A stretch of DNA of 63,614 nucleotides, filler included, from Octopus bimaculoides (GCF_001194135.2; 5 parts of 5 records of this genome joined end to end with filler, not necessarily neighbours in it), one strand, 5' to 3'; positions 50,101 to 62,935 are shown, numbered from the whole stretch's first letter. Made by a program: numbers and translations. Notes: generated by a model from the sequence alone, not told the origin.

Positions 50101-50731
50101 ATTTCTTGGAGGAATTCATTCAAGAACCGTTGGAATGTTGAGATCTTTTTATTTCCTTTTGTCTTGGCATGATGTTATACAAAGCAGGGGTAGTCGAGGT
50201 AAAATAATTCCTCCTTGGTGTTGTGATGAGACATGAGCATGATCATTGTAGGGGCAGAGGGCTCGGGGAATAAGCATTGAGTGAATTTTGAAGTTGAAGC
50301 CAACATCATTTGAGCGACGCTGTTGGAATATTTTCCATTTTATGCAAATAAAATAGCGTTCTCGGTGGCATTGGAAGAAATATTTTATATGCATACTTAC
50401 ACGTACACCTGTAATCGATGGATACAGTTACTACTAAAATAGCATGAAATATGACCATTACATAAGCTTGGCTAAATCCATGGAGAATTATATATGAAGT
50501 ACAGAAGAGAAAAATAAATCCATGAACATGTTTAAAAATCCTTTTACTGAGAGTTATAGTGAACTACTAAAAGCAAGTTCGAGAAATTTCCAGGATTTAT
50601 GCAAAGTGTCTTTAATAATAATATGTCAATGTTTTCAAAACTAATTCTGCATAGTTTAACGCTTATGCGCATGCTAAGCACTATTCTTTCACTATCACTA
50701 CAAGGACGTTGAAAAATTAGGTCATACAAGT

Positions 50732-51122
50732 TGTTTTTGTTGGCACTCCGTCGCTTACGACGTCGAGGGTTCCAGTTGATCCGATCAACGGAACAGCCTG
50801 CTCGTGAAATTAACGTGCAAGTGGCTGTGCACTCCACAGACACGTGTACCCTTAACGTAGTTCTCGGGGATATTCAGCGTGACACAGTGTGACAAGGCTG
50901 ACCCTTTGAATTACAAGAACAACAGAAACAGGAAGAAAGAGTGAGAGAAAGTTGTGGCGGAAGACTACAGCAGGGTTCGCCACCATCTCCTGCCAAAGCC
51001 TCGTGGAGCTTTAGGTATTTTCGCTCAATAAACACTCACAACGCCCGGTCTGGGAATCGAAACCGCGATCCTATGACCGCGAGTTCGCTGCCCTAACCAT
51101 TGGGCCATTGCGCCTCCGCATT
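50732..51122 (-). mobile_element. Full-length SINE family C with 8-bp TSD ATACAAGT
   Basis: TSD at 50724-50731 and 51123-51130; nearly identical to 44287-44680. Confidence 0.95.
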
Positions 51123-52589
51123 ATACAAGTATACAAGTATACATATTTAAAAATATTTAATTTGTCACGTTTTACTTGGCGCACGTAAGTTTTACCAAAG
51201 TGCTCGACAAGTAGTTATTTTATCGACCAGGAAAACATGAAATAGAAACTCAACCTCAATGTAATTTGAATTCAGGGAGTAGAGAAACAGAAGAAATGCT
51301 GTTTATCCGATAGAGGAACGATTCAGCCTCTCGCCCACTTCATAATATAAAGAAGGATCACAATTAGGAACACTATCCCCTTTTCGATAAGGAAACATCA
51401 ACGGCGGTAAGACAGGAAAAAACCAGGGACAGCGAGAAGCCGAAGGAAAATACAGCGGAGTTTGACACAGACGAAGTGCAAACACAACATAGGAAGAGAA
51501 ACGAAAGCAAGAATTTCCCGCCCCCTAAGAACTCTAAAAAAAAAGAGAAAAGAACAGAGTGACACACCGCAAGTAACACACATGAACACACCAAACGGTT
51601 CAGAATCCTTAACCAAACATACACTCACATGTACATACAGTCTAGTAACCCTAACAAACCACTCACAGACACTTAACCTATACGAAAAAAGTTTGATACA
51701 GATTCACTGGTCGATTACACACAAGTAGGTACACAAGAAGACACACAAGAAGACACACAAGAAGCACAAATGTTAAAAGCAGCATATGTAATATATTACT
51801 GGACAAATGCAGCTATTGAAGAGAAAATAGAGATGAAGACAATTATTAGAGTCAGAAAGAAAGAAAACATTAAAGTCCTAGGTATCGAATGTATTCTAAT
51901 TGATAGAAAAAAATTCTAAATAATTAAAAGCCAACTTTGGTGATGAAATAATCCCATTAGGGACAGAAATAAAATATTCTGACCATTTACCACCTGTGGT
52001 GGATTTTGAAATACTGAAGCTGTATACTTACTAGATAACTATTCAGTAAACTTTGAATAAAAATACATTTAAATAATACGACTCGGAAGTGGGGTTGAGT
52101 AGCAACCATCGCATCTTCATTATATAATTTCATATTATTCATCCGTCTATGTTTTTGTCCCCACTTGTACTGTCATGTCTGTCCTTGTTCGATCCTCTCT
52201 ATGTATGCTTTTTAGAGGCAAATAAAGAGAAAAGTTCATGCTAGTTCCACAGCTAGTGTGTTGATAGTTCAAAGTTTACAGCTTCAGTTAGCGTGTTGGA
52301 TAGTTGGCCCTTAAAAGAATGTTGATACGTTCAGTGTGGTTACTGCCGTTTGTTTTGATTATATCGTTATTACACTGTTGCAATGTACTCGTTTACCCAT
52401 AAGTATATAAGAGAGCCACAGTCAGAAACAACTGTAATAGTGTAATATAGATGTTTTCTCTTCGTCCATCATCATCAATATTAAAAGATAATTATATAAA
52501 TGTAGTTCCTCTGCTTCTCTTTCAAACATTTAATTTCCGATAGAACTTTTTGATGAAATGTAAATATATATATATATGTATATATATAA

Positions 52590-53155
52590 AATGTAGTTGA
52601 CATACGAGTGAGTATATATTTATAAAAATGAAGTTTGAAAACGCCACTATATAAGATAAAATTTAATTTTCTGACAGATTTTATGTGTTCCGAAAAGAAA
52701 CGAACTTTATCAAAAATATATATTTTTAAAAGTTAAGTCTAATAAAGGAAAAGTTCATGATTATTTCTTACTAGTTTCAACAGAGTCGACGTGGAAGCGT
52801 TTTATGTGTGAGAACATAATGGCTGTCTTGTGCATTGACCGGAATCGTTGGTTCTTGTTTTTTTCTGTCTGACTACAGCCAATGATTCCGGTCAACGCAC
52901 AAAACAGCCATTATGTTCCCAAACATAAATCGCTTCCACGTCAACTCTGTATAAACTAGTAAGAAATCATTATGAACTTTTCTTTTATTACACTTAACTT
53001 TTAAAATATATATTTTTGATAAGGTTCGTTTTTTCAAGAAGAACCGAACATGTAAAATCTCTCAGAAAATTAAAATTTATCTCATATAGTGGCGTTTTCA
53101 AACTTCTTATNNNNNNNNNNNNNNNNNNNNNNNNNNNNNNNNNNNNNNNNNNNNN
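52590..53155. mobile_element. Large fold-back element (visible arms about 225 bp, loop about 27 nt) between (TA)n tracts
   Basis: 52628-52851 is the reverse complement of 52879-53108 (e.g. aagtttgaaaacgccactat / atagtggcgttttcaaactt); the right end runs into a 45-N gap. Confidence 0.9.
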
Positions 53156-54929
53156 NTATATATATATATATATTAATAAACGCAGTATATATTTTTATGA
53201 GCTACTAATAGTTTCATGCGACCAAAAAAATCAACTCAGCCAGCATTTTGTAACGCTTGGGTGTCTTCATGCCCGAGGATTGTATGAAGACACCTGACGT
53301 GTTATAAAATGTTATCTGAGTTACTTTTCCTCGAACGAAACTATTAGTGACTCATAAAAATATATACAGCGTTTATTAAATGATATTCATCTCTCACAAG
53401 TTGGAGTACTTTTTCTGTTGATCTTACCACCACGAAATAGTACTTTACATATATGTGTTATGTTTGTGTGTATGTGTGTGTTTGCATGTATGTATAAATT
53501 TATGTATGTTCTTTAATCACTTCTTGACATGGGCATAAATGTATGTGTGTATCTGTGTATGTGTGTTTATGCCTGCGTGCGTTTGTGTATATGCTTGTCT
53601 ATCGGTGAAGAGGTAATGATTATCAACAACTGAAAATCGCCTTTTTGTTTTAACAAAGGCCTATGACAATTTTTTTCTACACCGAGTGTAAATCTACAAT
53701 CGAGGTCACTATTATTTAATAATTGCGATATAAATNNNNNNNNNNNNNNNNNNNNNNNNNNNNNNNNNNNNNNNNNNNNNNNNNNNNNNNNNNNNNNNNN
53801 NNNNNNNNNNNNNNNNNNNNNNNNNNNNNNNNNNNNNNNNNNNNNNNNNNNNNNNNNNNNNNNNNNNNNNNNNNNNNNNNNNNNNNNNNNNNNNNNNNNN
53901 NNNNNNNNNNNNNNNNNNNNNNNNNNNNNNNNNNNNNNNNNNNNNNNNNNNNNNNNNNNNNNNNNNNNNNNNNNNNNNNNNNNNNNNNNNNNNNNNNNNN
54001 NNNNNNNNNNNNNNNNNNNNNNNNNNNNNNNNNNNNNNNNNNNNNNNNNNNNNNNNNNNNNNNNNNNNNNNNNNNNNNNNNNNNNNNNNNNNNNNNNNNN
54101 NNNNNNNNNNNNNNNNNNNNNNNNNNNNNNNNNNNNNNNNNNNNNNNNNNNNNNNNNNNNNNNNNNNNNNNNNNNNNNNNNNNNNNNNNNNNNNNNNNNN
54201 NNNNNNNNNNNNNNNNNNNNNNNNNNNNNNNNNNNNNNNNNNNNNNNNNNNNNNNNNNNNNNNNNNNNNNNNNNNNNNNNNNNNNNNNNNNNNNNNNNNN
54301 NNNNNNNNNNNNNNNNNNNNNNNNNNNNNNNNNNNNNNNNNNNNNNNNNNNNNNNNNNNNNNNNNNNNNNNNNNNNNNNNNNNNNNNNNNNNNNNNNNNN
54401 NNNNNNNNNNNNNNNNNNNNNNNNNNNNNNNNNNNNNNNNNNNNNNNNNNNNNTATATATATAATTATTTCTGGGGTAAGTAATGTATTCCTAGCCACAT
54501 ATTACATCAATCACATAGCAACCATTTGCCATAATTCGTGCTGACATTTACGTCTAACTTACGACAATGTCATTTCATTTTTCTCCATCTGTCTCTTCTG
54601 TATCTAGCGTTGTCATAAATAATAGCTTTGGTCTTTTGACAGTCATAAGTTTCTACGGGTTCATTGCAATGTCATCTGTAACTTGAAACGAATATATTGA
54701 TCTTTTTCTCTACATTAGGCTTTTTATTGTCAGTTGTCTTATTCTCGATGTAAAATCATGTGGAATATATAGTGAAAACGACTTATTTCCATTCTTTTGT
54801 GAAGCCGATAACATGCTTCCTGTTCTAATTTCAAAGAGTCAATTTATGGCCTCCATCGAATTTCATGAAAATAAACAGTCTGCTCCATCGTCTTCATTAT
54901 TATCATCATCAACATTAAACTTTATTATA

Positions 54930-55422
54930 GAGTAATTCCTCGATTATCGCGTGTGTTACGTTCCAAGACCTTCCGCGATAGGTAAAAATCCACGAAGTAG
55001 AAACTACTGTATTGTATATATATTTCTTTATGCTTTGAATATATCTATTTTATCATAAATGCAAAACAATACCACACACTCACCTATCGAGTTTTCCATA
55101 CAGTATTTGCGATTCTTTGTACGTATTTTCTTTTAATACATGTCTTAATTAATCTGTTATACAGTGCAGAACTGTAGTCTACTTTTAATTATTAATATAT
55201 TAGTTCTTAGGCGTTAAAATGTTCATTTTAACACAGAAATATTTAAAATCCAAAAAATATCAATAGCTATCGGCCGCAGAAAGCCGCGATATACTGAGGA
55301 GTCCGCGATATAAATTGACATATATTAGCCAGAAAAATCGGCGATGTACTGAGTACGTGATAGGTGAACCGCGATGTACTGAGTGCGCAATAGGTGAACC
55401 GCGATATGGTGGTGGATTACTG
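54930..55422 (+). mobile_element. Tigger/pogo-like MITE with TA TSD
   Basis: TA-GAGTAATTCCTCGATTATCGCG...CGCGATATGGTGGTGGATTACTG-TA; subterminal ccgcgat repeats. Confidence 0.85.
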
Positions 55423-55644
55423 TATTTCTATTACACAGTCTTCCATTGTCATACAACAGTCACAATTTCAATATTTATATTTCCTGATATAGTTAAACAT
55501 TTCATATTTAATTGTTATATATCTATTGAAGTCACATATTCTCCAATTTTATCTGCATAAATAATCACATACACTGGTATGGTAGAAGGCCTGTCATGTC
55601 ACTGTAGTTTCGAGTCCCACTAGTTGTCTTCATCCTCTCACACC

Positions 55645-55692
55645 GTCTCCGATGAAGGGATATAATAAATATCCTGGAAACAGCAGTAAGAC
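55645..55692 (+). ncRNA. Minimal type I hammerhead ribozyme with a U4C core substitution
   Basis: GTCT-CCGATGA-AGGGATAT-aataa-ATATCCTG-GAAA-CAGCA-GTA-AGAC: stem I GTCT/AGAC, stem II, near-palindromic stem III ACAGCAGT. Confidence 0.65.
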
Positions 55693-57252
55693 ATTCTATT
55701 GATAAATGTTCTATATTATTCACAGCCTTGGTCTTTTATCTCATTACGAAAAGTAAATTCTTATATATATATATATATATAAGCGCTATTAGATTCATGG
55801 GCTGCGACCATGCCAGGCAGTAGTTCTAAACAAATCTACATAACAGTATTTGCCACAAGCCTTTTCTTTCTCAACGAATTCTATGTAGATATACTGATTT
55901 AAACTTTGCTTTGTTTCAATATGACGAGCGGATCAGTGATTCACGAAGTTCGTATGAACAATGATCACGTATCCGAGAGATTTTCTTTCTAATTAGTTTT
56001 CAACACTTTATGACATTCATAACATGTACCATCTTTTCAAGTCGTCTATCTACATTAACCCAATTGTTATTAAAAATGTTGTTGATGATACTAACAAATG
56101 TTATTTAGTAATAAACGTTTCCTTTACTGATTTATTATCTATGTGAGTTGCTCGTTTATGCTGTACTCCACCGGATAATTTTCTTAACCCGGTTACTTTT
56201 TTCCCCGACATCGAATAATTCATGAGTATATTCTACTAGAATGGATTGTTCTGGAACACACATCAAAAGAATGCCAACAAGTGGGTTGCATTTAACACGT
56301 GACCTCATGTGAAAGCCTTCTGCATGTGAAGACTAATTCATTCCTCGCTGTCCGATGCAGGCGAGGAGCGAAACGCTTGCGACCCTGATGTATCAGTTAA
56401 CAATACGGAATGGATTTAAAAGGACTAAAAATACCTCTGAGAATCTCCTGAAGTTTCTGTGAGGAGTAAACCATTTACGTTGTTTATTTCACCTTCGAAT
56501 GTTTGCGACTGTTCTTCATATACTTGTTTGATTTACTGTATCAAGTTTAGAGTATATAGATAGTTCCAAATCTACGACTTGTTTAGCTTTGATAAGGTTA
56601 CTACCGAGAACGTTATTGAATCATAATTTCTTGACGAATAGATGTAAATTCTTCTGTAGTCTGAAAAATAAAATCCCACATACATAGATAACGATTATTT
56701 CTGTAAAAGTCACCTGATATCTGGTAATTTGACATTTAGATAACTTGAAACCTACCGAAAGAATTGTTCCTCAAAGCTATTTTTGGTGGATCATATAGCA
56801 CAAATATTTCGCGTGTATATCTACAGTAGGAAGTATTTTGTATTCATCTTTACTATGCGACTGGTCTATTCCTAAATCTACCATTATTTTGGGTGTATTT
56901 ATTTCGATATGTACGCTTCTACACATGAGCTGTATATTTATAAAACTTTATGAATTCTCTAGCCTAATAATTCCGAATTTGAAATGTACCGTCAACGAAG
57001 ATATTCATTGCCTACAATGAATATTCTGTTGAATGTCACATGAGCAAGATATACCAACACACAATAGAAACAGATATGTTATATGTACCGCACATTTTTT
57101 ATATGGCAGTTATTTCTTTCTGAGATATTTGTAACATTATATATACATGGTTAATTCATTTAACTGAATATATTTACACGTCTATATACATGAAATATTC
57201 TATAACTGTAATGACTGCTTATTTTTTAACATTTATCACTATAATTTACATG

Positions 57253-57254
<2 letters not shown>

Positions 57255-57338
<84 letters not shown>

Positions 57339-57500
57339 TGTAGGTATATATGTATATATATATATTTATATGTGTATATATATGCGTGTGTATATATATA
57401 TATAAATATATAGAAACATGTATATACATATATATGTGTGTGTATCTATATATGTATATACATATATAGAAACATATATATACATATATGTGTGTATATA
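57255..57500. repeat. Long (TA)n-derived tract
   Basis: Direct. Confidence 0.95.
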
Positions 57501-58395
57501 TGGGTATCGTCAAACTAATACACCTGTTTGTTGTTTATAGAGATGTCTTCGTCTTTTGCTTTTCTATAAATTACAACTATATATATGTATATCCAGAGAG
57601 AGAGAGAGAGCACGACAGAGTGAGTGAGTTTAGGACAGATGTAGTAGACCGAGAAAAATATGCATGTGTGTATATGTGAATATTGTAACACTTATGCTCT
57701 CTCCACATCTGTTTCTATTTCTTCAGTAAGATAAATGTTTTACAACCATTTAAAATTTCGCTTCACGTCCCTGCTTACTCTCTCTTTATAATTGTGTCTC
57801 CTGATTTTAGATAATTGCCAGTTGCATTAATTTGTAACAACTTTAATATCTAGCTGCTTGAATTACCCATAATCTTTTCTATTAGCCGAACACTTCCCAG
57901 CATTATTACTACTCATTAATAGCTATTTAAATTTCTATTGTCCTTGGTTTTATTACTAGCTAAGTATATATTTCATTTAAAACTTCTTAATACTCATCGC
58001 CTTTCATATAGTTTTAAATAAGAAGGCAATTGACTGGATGTAACTGTACAATATATAACATTCTAAATCAAATAATACCATGTTAATAGATTTACAAATT
58101 TTATCAATTACTATGCGGTGTATGCATTTTGTTTTTCTATTTTCTACACGGGTGTATTTCCGATCTCTTTGTATGAATGGTAGTGTGTATATGTATGTGT
58201 ACGTATATACCGACGTTCTTTTAACAGATACGCAGTCGTACATAGCGATAGAAATCTAGCTGCATATATGTATAATTAAATTTTATAGAAAAACAAAAGA
58301 CGAAGACAGGCGTAGGAACAACAAGCAAGTGTAGTAGTTTGACGCTTGGGAAAGATGAAAAAGTCTTTTACGTTTCTAGCCTACGCTCTTCAACA

Positions 58396-58475
58396 GAAAG
58401 GAATAAGGAAAAATAAACAGAGCGAGCATGAAAATAACTAGTACTAGCGGCCCAGGCATGACATGTGTGTCTGTG

Positions 58476-58512
<37 letters not shown>

Positions 58513-58981
58513 ATATATATGTGTGTGGTGGAGGCGCAATGGCCCAGTGGTTAGGGTAGTGGACTCGCGGCCGTAGGATCCGAGTTTCGATTCCTAGACC
58601 GGGCATTGTGAGTGTCTCTTGAGTGAAAACACTTAAAGCTCCACGAGGCTCCGGTATGTGGAGTGGCGAACCCTGGTGTAATCTTTCCCCGCAACTTTAT
58701 CTCACTCTTTCTTCCTCTTTCTGTTGTACCCGTATTTCAAAGGGCCAGCCTTGTCACACTCTATGTCATGCTGAATCTCCCTCNNNNNNNNNNNNNNNNN
58801 NNNNNNNNNNNNNNNNNNNNNNNNNNNNNNNNNNNNNNNNNNNNNNNNNNNNNNNNNNNNNNNNNNNNNNNNNNNNNNNNNNNNNNNNNNNNNNNNNNNN
58901 NGAAAGGAATAAGGAAAAATAAACAGAGCGAGCATGAAAATAACTAGTACTAGTGGCCCAGGCATGACATGTGTGTCTGTG

Positions 58982-59018
<37 letters not shown>

Positions 59019-59289
59019 ATATATATGTGTGTGGTGGAGGCGCAATGGCCCAGTGGTTAGGGTAGTGGACTCGCGGCCGTAGGATCCGAGTTTCGATTCC
59101 TAGACCGGGCATTGTGAGTGTCTCTTGAGTGAAAACACTTAAAGCTCCACGAGGCTCCGGTATGTGGAGTGGCGAACCCTGGTGTAATCTTTCCCCGCAA
59201 CTTTATCTCACTCTTTCTTCCTCTTTCTGTTGTACCCGTATTTCAAAGGGCCAGCCTTGTCACACTCTATGTCATGCTGAATCTCCCTC
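58396..59289 (+). other. 388-bp segment duplicated on either side of an N gap (58396-58783 and 58902-59289)
   Basis: Identical except tagcggccc versus tagtggccc; probable unmerged overlap or haplotypes. Confidence 0.9.
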
Positions 59290-59370
59290 AGAAGTACGTT
59301 AAGGGTACACGTGTCTGTTCCATTGATCGGATCAACTAGAACCCTCGTCGTCGCGTCTGACGGAGTGCCA
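59035..59370 (+). mobile_element. SINE family C, near full length
   Basis: ggaggcgcaatggcccagtggttagggtagtggactcgcgg...tttcgattcctagaccggg...gacggagtgcca. Confidence 0.9.
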
Positions 59371-59629
59371 CGAGTATTTATATATATATGGTGTACAGAT
59401 GTTGTATATTATTGAGAAAATAGTGGCAGTCAGAATTTTGATTAATTCGTTATTAGCGCTTTCGTTCGTTTATCGAACACGTCAAGGCTCAATTCAAATC
59501 GTAAAAATCGAACGTTTCGTTGTGCAATTATATACATCGGATGATTTTGCTTTGTTTAGAAGAGAAGGAAAATATTTTTTGTTTGTTGGGGAAAGGGGGA
59601 AAGAGAGAAAGGAAATCAAAGAGGGGGAG

Positions 59630-59665
<36 letters not shown>

Positions 59666-60179
59666 CTTCAGCACAACCCGGAAAGAGTGAAAAACTAATA
59701 AAGGATGGGGAAAGAATGGATAGATAGATAGATAAATGAATAGACAGACATATTATGTATGTATATGCATGTGTGTACGTACGCGTGTTTGTACTTGTGT
59801 GTAGGGGGCGTGTATAGATTTTCGTGAAAGAATTAAGAATTTCACTAATTCAAAGTGTTTGAATGCACTAGAAGGTACAGCTAAAATTATATTTGAATAT
59901 TGATTCCCAGGATGACTCATTGTTTTCTAGTAAACGTGCAGACGCTTATTACGTGTAACACTGTTAGTGCACAGTAATGGCTAAACTAATATACATTGTT
60001 TGATATAGAACATTCAAGTCGATATAGATTATTTCATATAGATTATTCAAATNNNNNNNNNNNNNNNNNNNNNNNNNNNNNNNNNNNNNNNNNNNNTTAA
60101 TTAATTAANNNNNNNNNNNNNNNNNNNNNNNNNNNNNNNNNNNNNNNNNNNNATATTCAACTTTGTATATCTCTTACGT

Positions 60180-60329
60180 GTCTCAGTCACTGGACTGCAG
60201 CCATTTTGGGGTCACTGCCTTGAAGGGTTAGCGTCAAAGTTTATCACTGTCTTATGCTAAGCCGCCAAGTTACGAGGCTGTAAACAAACCAACACTCGTT
60301 GTCAAGCTGCAGTGGGGAATTAACACAGG

Positions 60330-60367
<38 letters not shown>

Positions 60368-60865
60368 CATATATAGATGAATGAGTGAGTGAGTGCGAGT
60401 GTGTGTGTGTGATGACGTTGTTACAAAACAGACGAGGGGTCGGCACTTTCTTGAACAACCCACACAGGCGATTTATTTATAGTGATCAAATGTTTGTGTT
60501 GGCCATACACTCACTCCCTCCACACAAAATCATCATTGCTTGTTCAGGTGCAGAGCTGTGTCAGACATGTCACATGTCGAAGCGGTTGCCGAGCAACGTG
60601 GAATGAAGTGTTTTTGCCCACAGATAGTACACAGCACTGTTTCCGGGAATCAAAACCACGATTGTAATCATACAATGTCGAGTGCAACACCCAAACCACT
60701 AGGCCATGCGACAGGCTTCTTCCAGTTTCCATCCACCAAATCCACTCACAAGGCTTTTGTTGGCCTGAGGCTATAGTAGTAGACACTAGCCCAAGGTGTC
60801 ACGCAGTGCGACTGAACTCAGGACTACATGGTTTGGAAACAAACTTCCTACCATACAGCCACGCC
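60180..60865 (-). mobile_element. Composite SINE B/E with CORE-like SINE material inserted in its microsatellite
   Basis: E half at 60180-60350, B half at 60715-60865, D-like pieces at about 60570-60710. Confidence 0.7.
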
Positions 60866-60908
60866 TGGAGGGCTGTTAATGTGTGTTATTGCATATTCAC
60901 AGATTGTA

Positions 60909-61200
60909 AAGGCGTGTACCCAAGTGATTAAGGGTACTCGTCTCACGATCGTAAAGTCGAAAGATCGATACCCGGCGGCGCGTTGCGTCCTTGAGCAAGA
61001 CCAGTTCACTTAGCTGGCAAAAATGATTTGTACCTGTAATTCAAAGGGACCAGCCTTGTCACATTCTGTTTTGTACTAAATCTCTCTGAGAACTAAAGAT
61101 ACACGAGTTTGTGGAGTACTCAGCCACTTGCATGTTAATTTCAGGAGCATGCTGTTCCAGTGATCGAATCAACTGGAACCCTGGTCATTGCCGAAACCGA
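60909..61200 (+). mobile_element. SINE family D
   Basis: aaggcgtgtacccaagtgattaaggg...gttgcgtccttgagcaaga...gtacctgtaattcaaaggg.ccagccttgtcaca...aactggaaccct. Confidence 0.85.
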
Positions 61201-61242
61201 AGAAGAACCAGTCTTTTATTCATTTTAATTCTTCATTCCCAC

Positions 61243-61860
61243 GAGTGGTTGTACGGTAGGACGCTTGTTTCCCAACCACACAGTTCCAGGTTCAGTCCCA
61301 CTGCGTGACGCCTTGGGCAAGTGTCTTCTACTATAGCCTCGGGCCGACCAAAGCCTTGAGTGGATTTGGTAGACGGAAACTGAAAGAAGCCCGTCGTATA
61401 TATATATATATATATATATATATNNNNNNNNNNNNNNNNNNNNNNNNNNNNNNNNNNNNNNNNNNNNNNNNNNNNNNNNNNNNNNNNNNNNNNNNNNNNN
61501 NNNNNNNNNNNNNNNNNNNNNNNNNNNNNNNNNNNNNNNNNNNNNNNNNNNNNNNNNNNNNNNNNNNNNNNNNNNNNNNNNNNNNNNNNNNNNNNNNNNN
61601 NNNNNNNNNNNNNNNNNNNNNNNNNNNNNNNNNNNNNNNNNNNNNNNNNNNNNNNNNNNNNNNNNNNNNNNNNNNNNNNNNNNNNNNNNNNNNNNNNNNN
61701 NNNNNNNNNNNNNNNNNNNNNNNNNNNNNNNNNNNNCAAAAAGAGACCGATAGAATAAGTACTAGGCTTACAAGGAATAAGTCCTGGGGTCGATTTGCTC
61801 GACTAAAAGGCGGTGCTCCAGCATGGCCGCAGTCAAATGACTGAAACAAGTAAAAGAGAG
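61243..61860 (+). mobile_element. Young composite SINE B/E whose internal (TA)n collapsed into an N gap (61424-61735)
   Basis: B half at 61243-61397, E half at 61736-61860 ending gactgaaacaagtaaaagag. Confidence 0.9.
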
Positions 61861-62044
61861 TATGACGTGTTGGTAGCTAAAGAAGCTACTTTAGTAGCTG
61901 TGATGTTGTAGTGGTGGCGGTGGCAGTGGTGATGCGGTGGCGGTGATGGTGGTGGTGGTGGTAGTGGCGGTAGTCGAGCTTTCTCTCTCAAGACTGGTTT
62001 ACAGCCCACTTCACACACACACACAGACAGACAGACCATAAACT

Positions 62045-62078
<34 letters not shown>

Positions 62079-62180
62079 CACACAGATATACACGTATAAA
62101 CAAACATTAGCTATGACAACCCCACTGGTTGAAGACACCATTCGAACATACACGAACACACATAGATACACACACAGTCA

Positions 62181-62282
62181 CATACATACACATCAACACA
62201 CCGACATAGGCACTCATGAACACATTCACACACACACACACATACAGCCACATCAACACACCGACATACGCACTCATGAACA

Positions 62283-62300
<18 letters not shown>
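62181..62300. repeat. 60-bp minisatellite, two copies, CA-rich
   Basis: catcaacacaccgacata.gcactcatgaacacattcacacacacacaca repeated with period 60. Confidence 0.9.
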
Positions 62301-62317
<17 letters not shown>

Positions 62318-62935
62318 CCACATTATTCTGCGGTAAACTCACTCTCACACTCACAAACTGTCACTCAAACTTACATTTTCATCTCGCTCACACACTCACT
62401 CAAAACCGACACACACACACACATTCAGCACCACCACCACCAGAAACGCACTCACCAACCGGTAGCGGCACCAAAAGGCATTCANNNNNNNNNNNNNNNN
62501 NNNNNNNNNNNNNNNNNNNNNNNNNNNNTTAATTAATTAANNNNNNNNNNNNNNNNNNNNNNNNNNNNNNNNNNNNNNNNNNNNTGCTAGGCCATTTGGT
62601 TTTAAATTGAATTAATATTCAATTTATCACCCTACACATATATATATATATAAGGACTGTGTCAAGTCCTCATTAAAAGCCTGTGATATGCAGGACACTG
62701 ACCGGGAGAACAATGCCTGTCATCGCCACAGATGGAGGAAGCATGTTAAGGAGTGAATCGACACTTTTGAGAGAGCACGTATCCAGCATGAAGAACTTAA
62801 ACGAGATGCGCGAAAGCGCACGGCTCGTATAGTGAATGGGGAAAGCTTGGTCTGCTATGTTTGCAGTCGTGTATGCTTGTCAAGAGCAGGGCTCATTAGC
62901 CACCAACGGAGCCGCAAATGCAAAATATAAGTTAG

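Noticed and set aside
50400-50410. 8-nt minus-strand microexon candidate (cag|GTGTACGT|gtaagt)
   Set aside because: Motif-only evidence with no flanking exons identified
51300-51730. Possible Penelope GIY-YIG endonuclease remnant (LNLYEKSLIQIH)
   Set aside because: No GIY/YIG motifs visible; similarity too weak
56340-56400. TCCTCGC/GCGAGGA hairpin followed by GAAAC and CTGATG
   Set aside because: Elements lack a hammerhead-compatible stem arrangement and the core reads CTGATGT
58360-58400. Minus-strand TTGAAGA-GC-GTAG-GCTA-GAAACGTA hammerhead-like string
   Set aside because: C3 is mutated, stem II is unpaired at its base and stem I is out of register; at most a remote relic
58396-59289. 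Apparent tandem duplication of a SINE-containing segment
   Set aside because: Copies differ by one base and flank a gap, the typical sign of an unmerged contig overlap or two haplotypes
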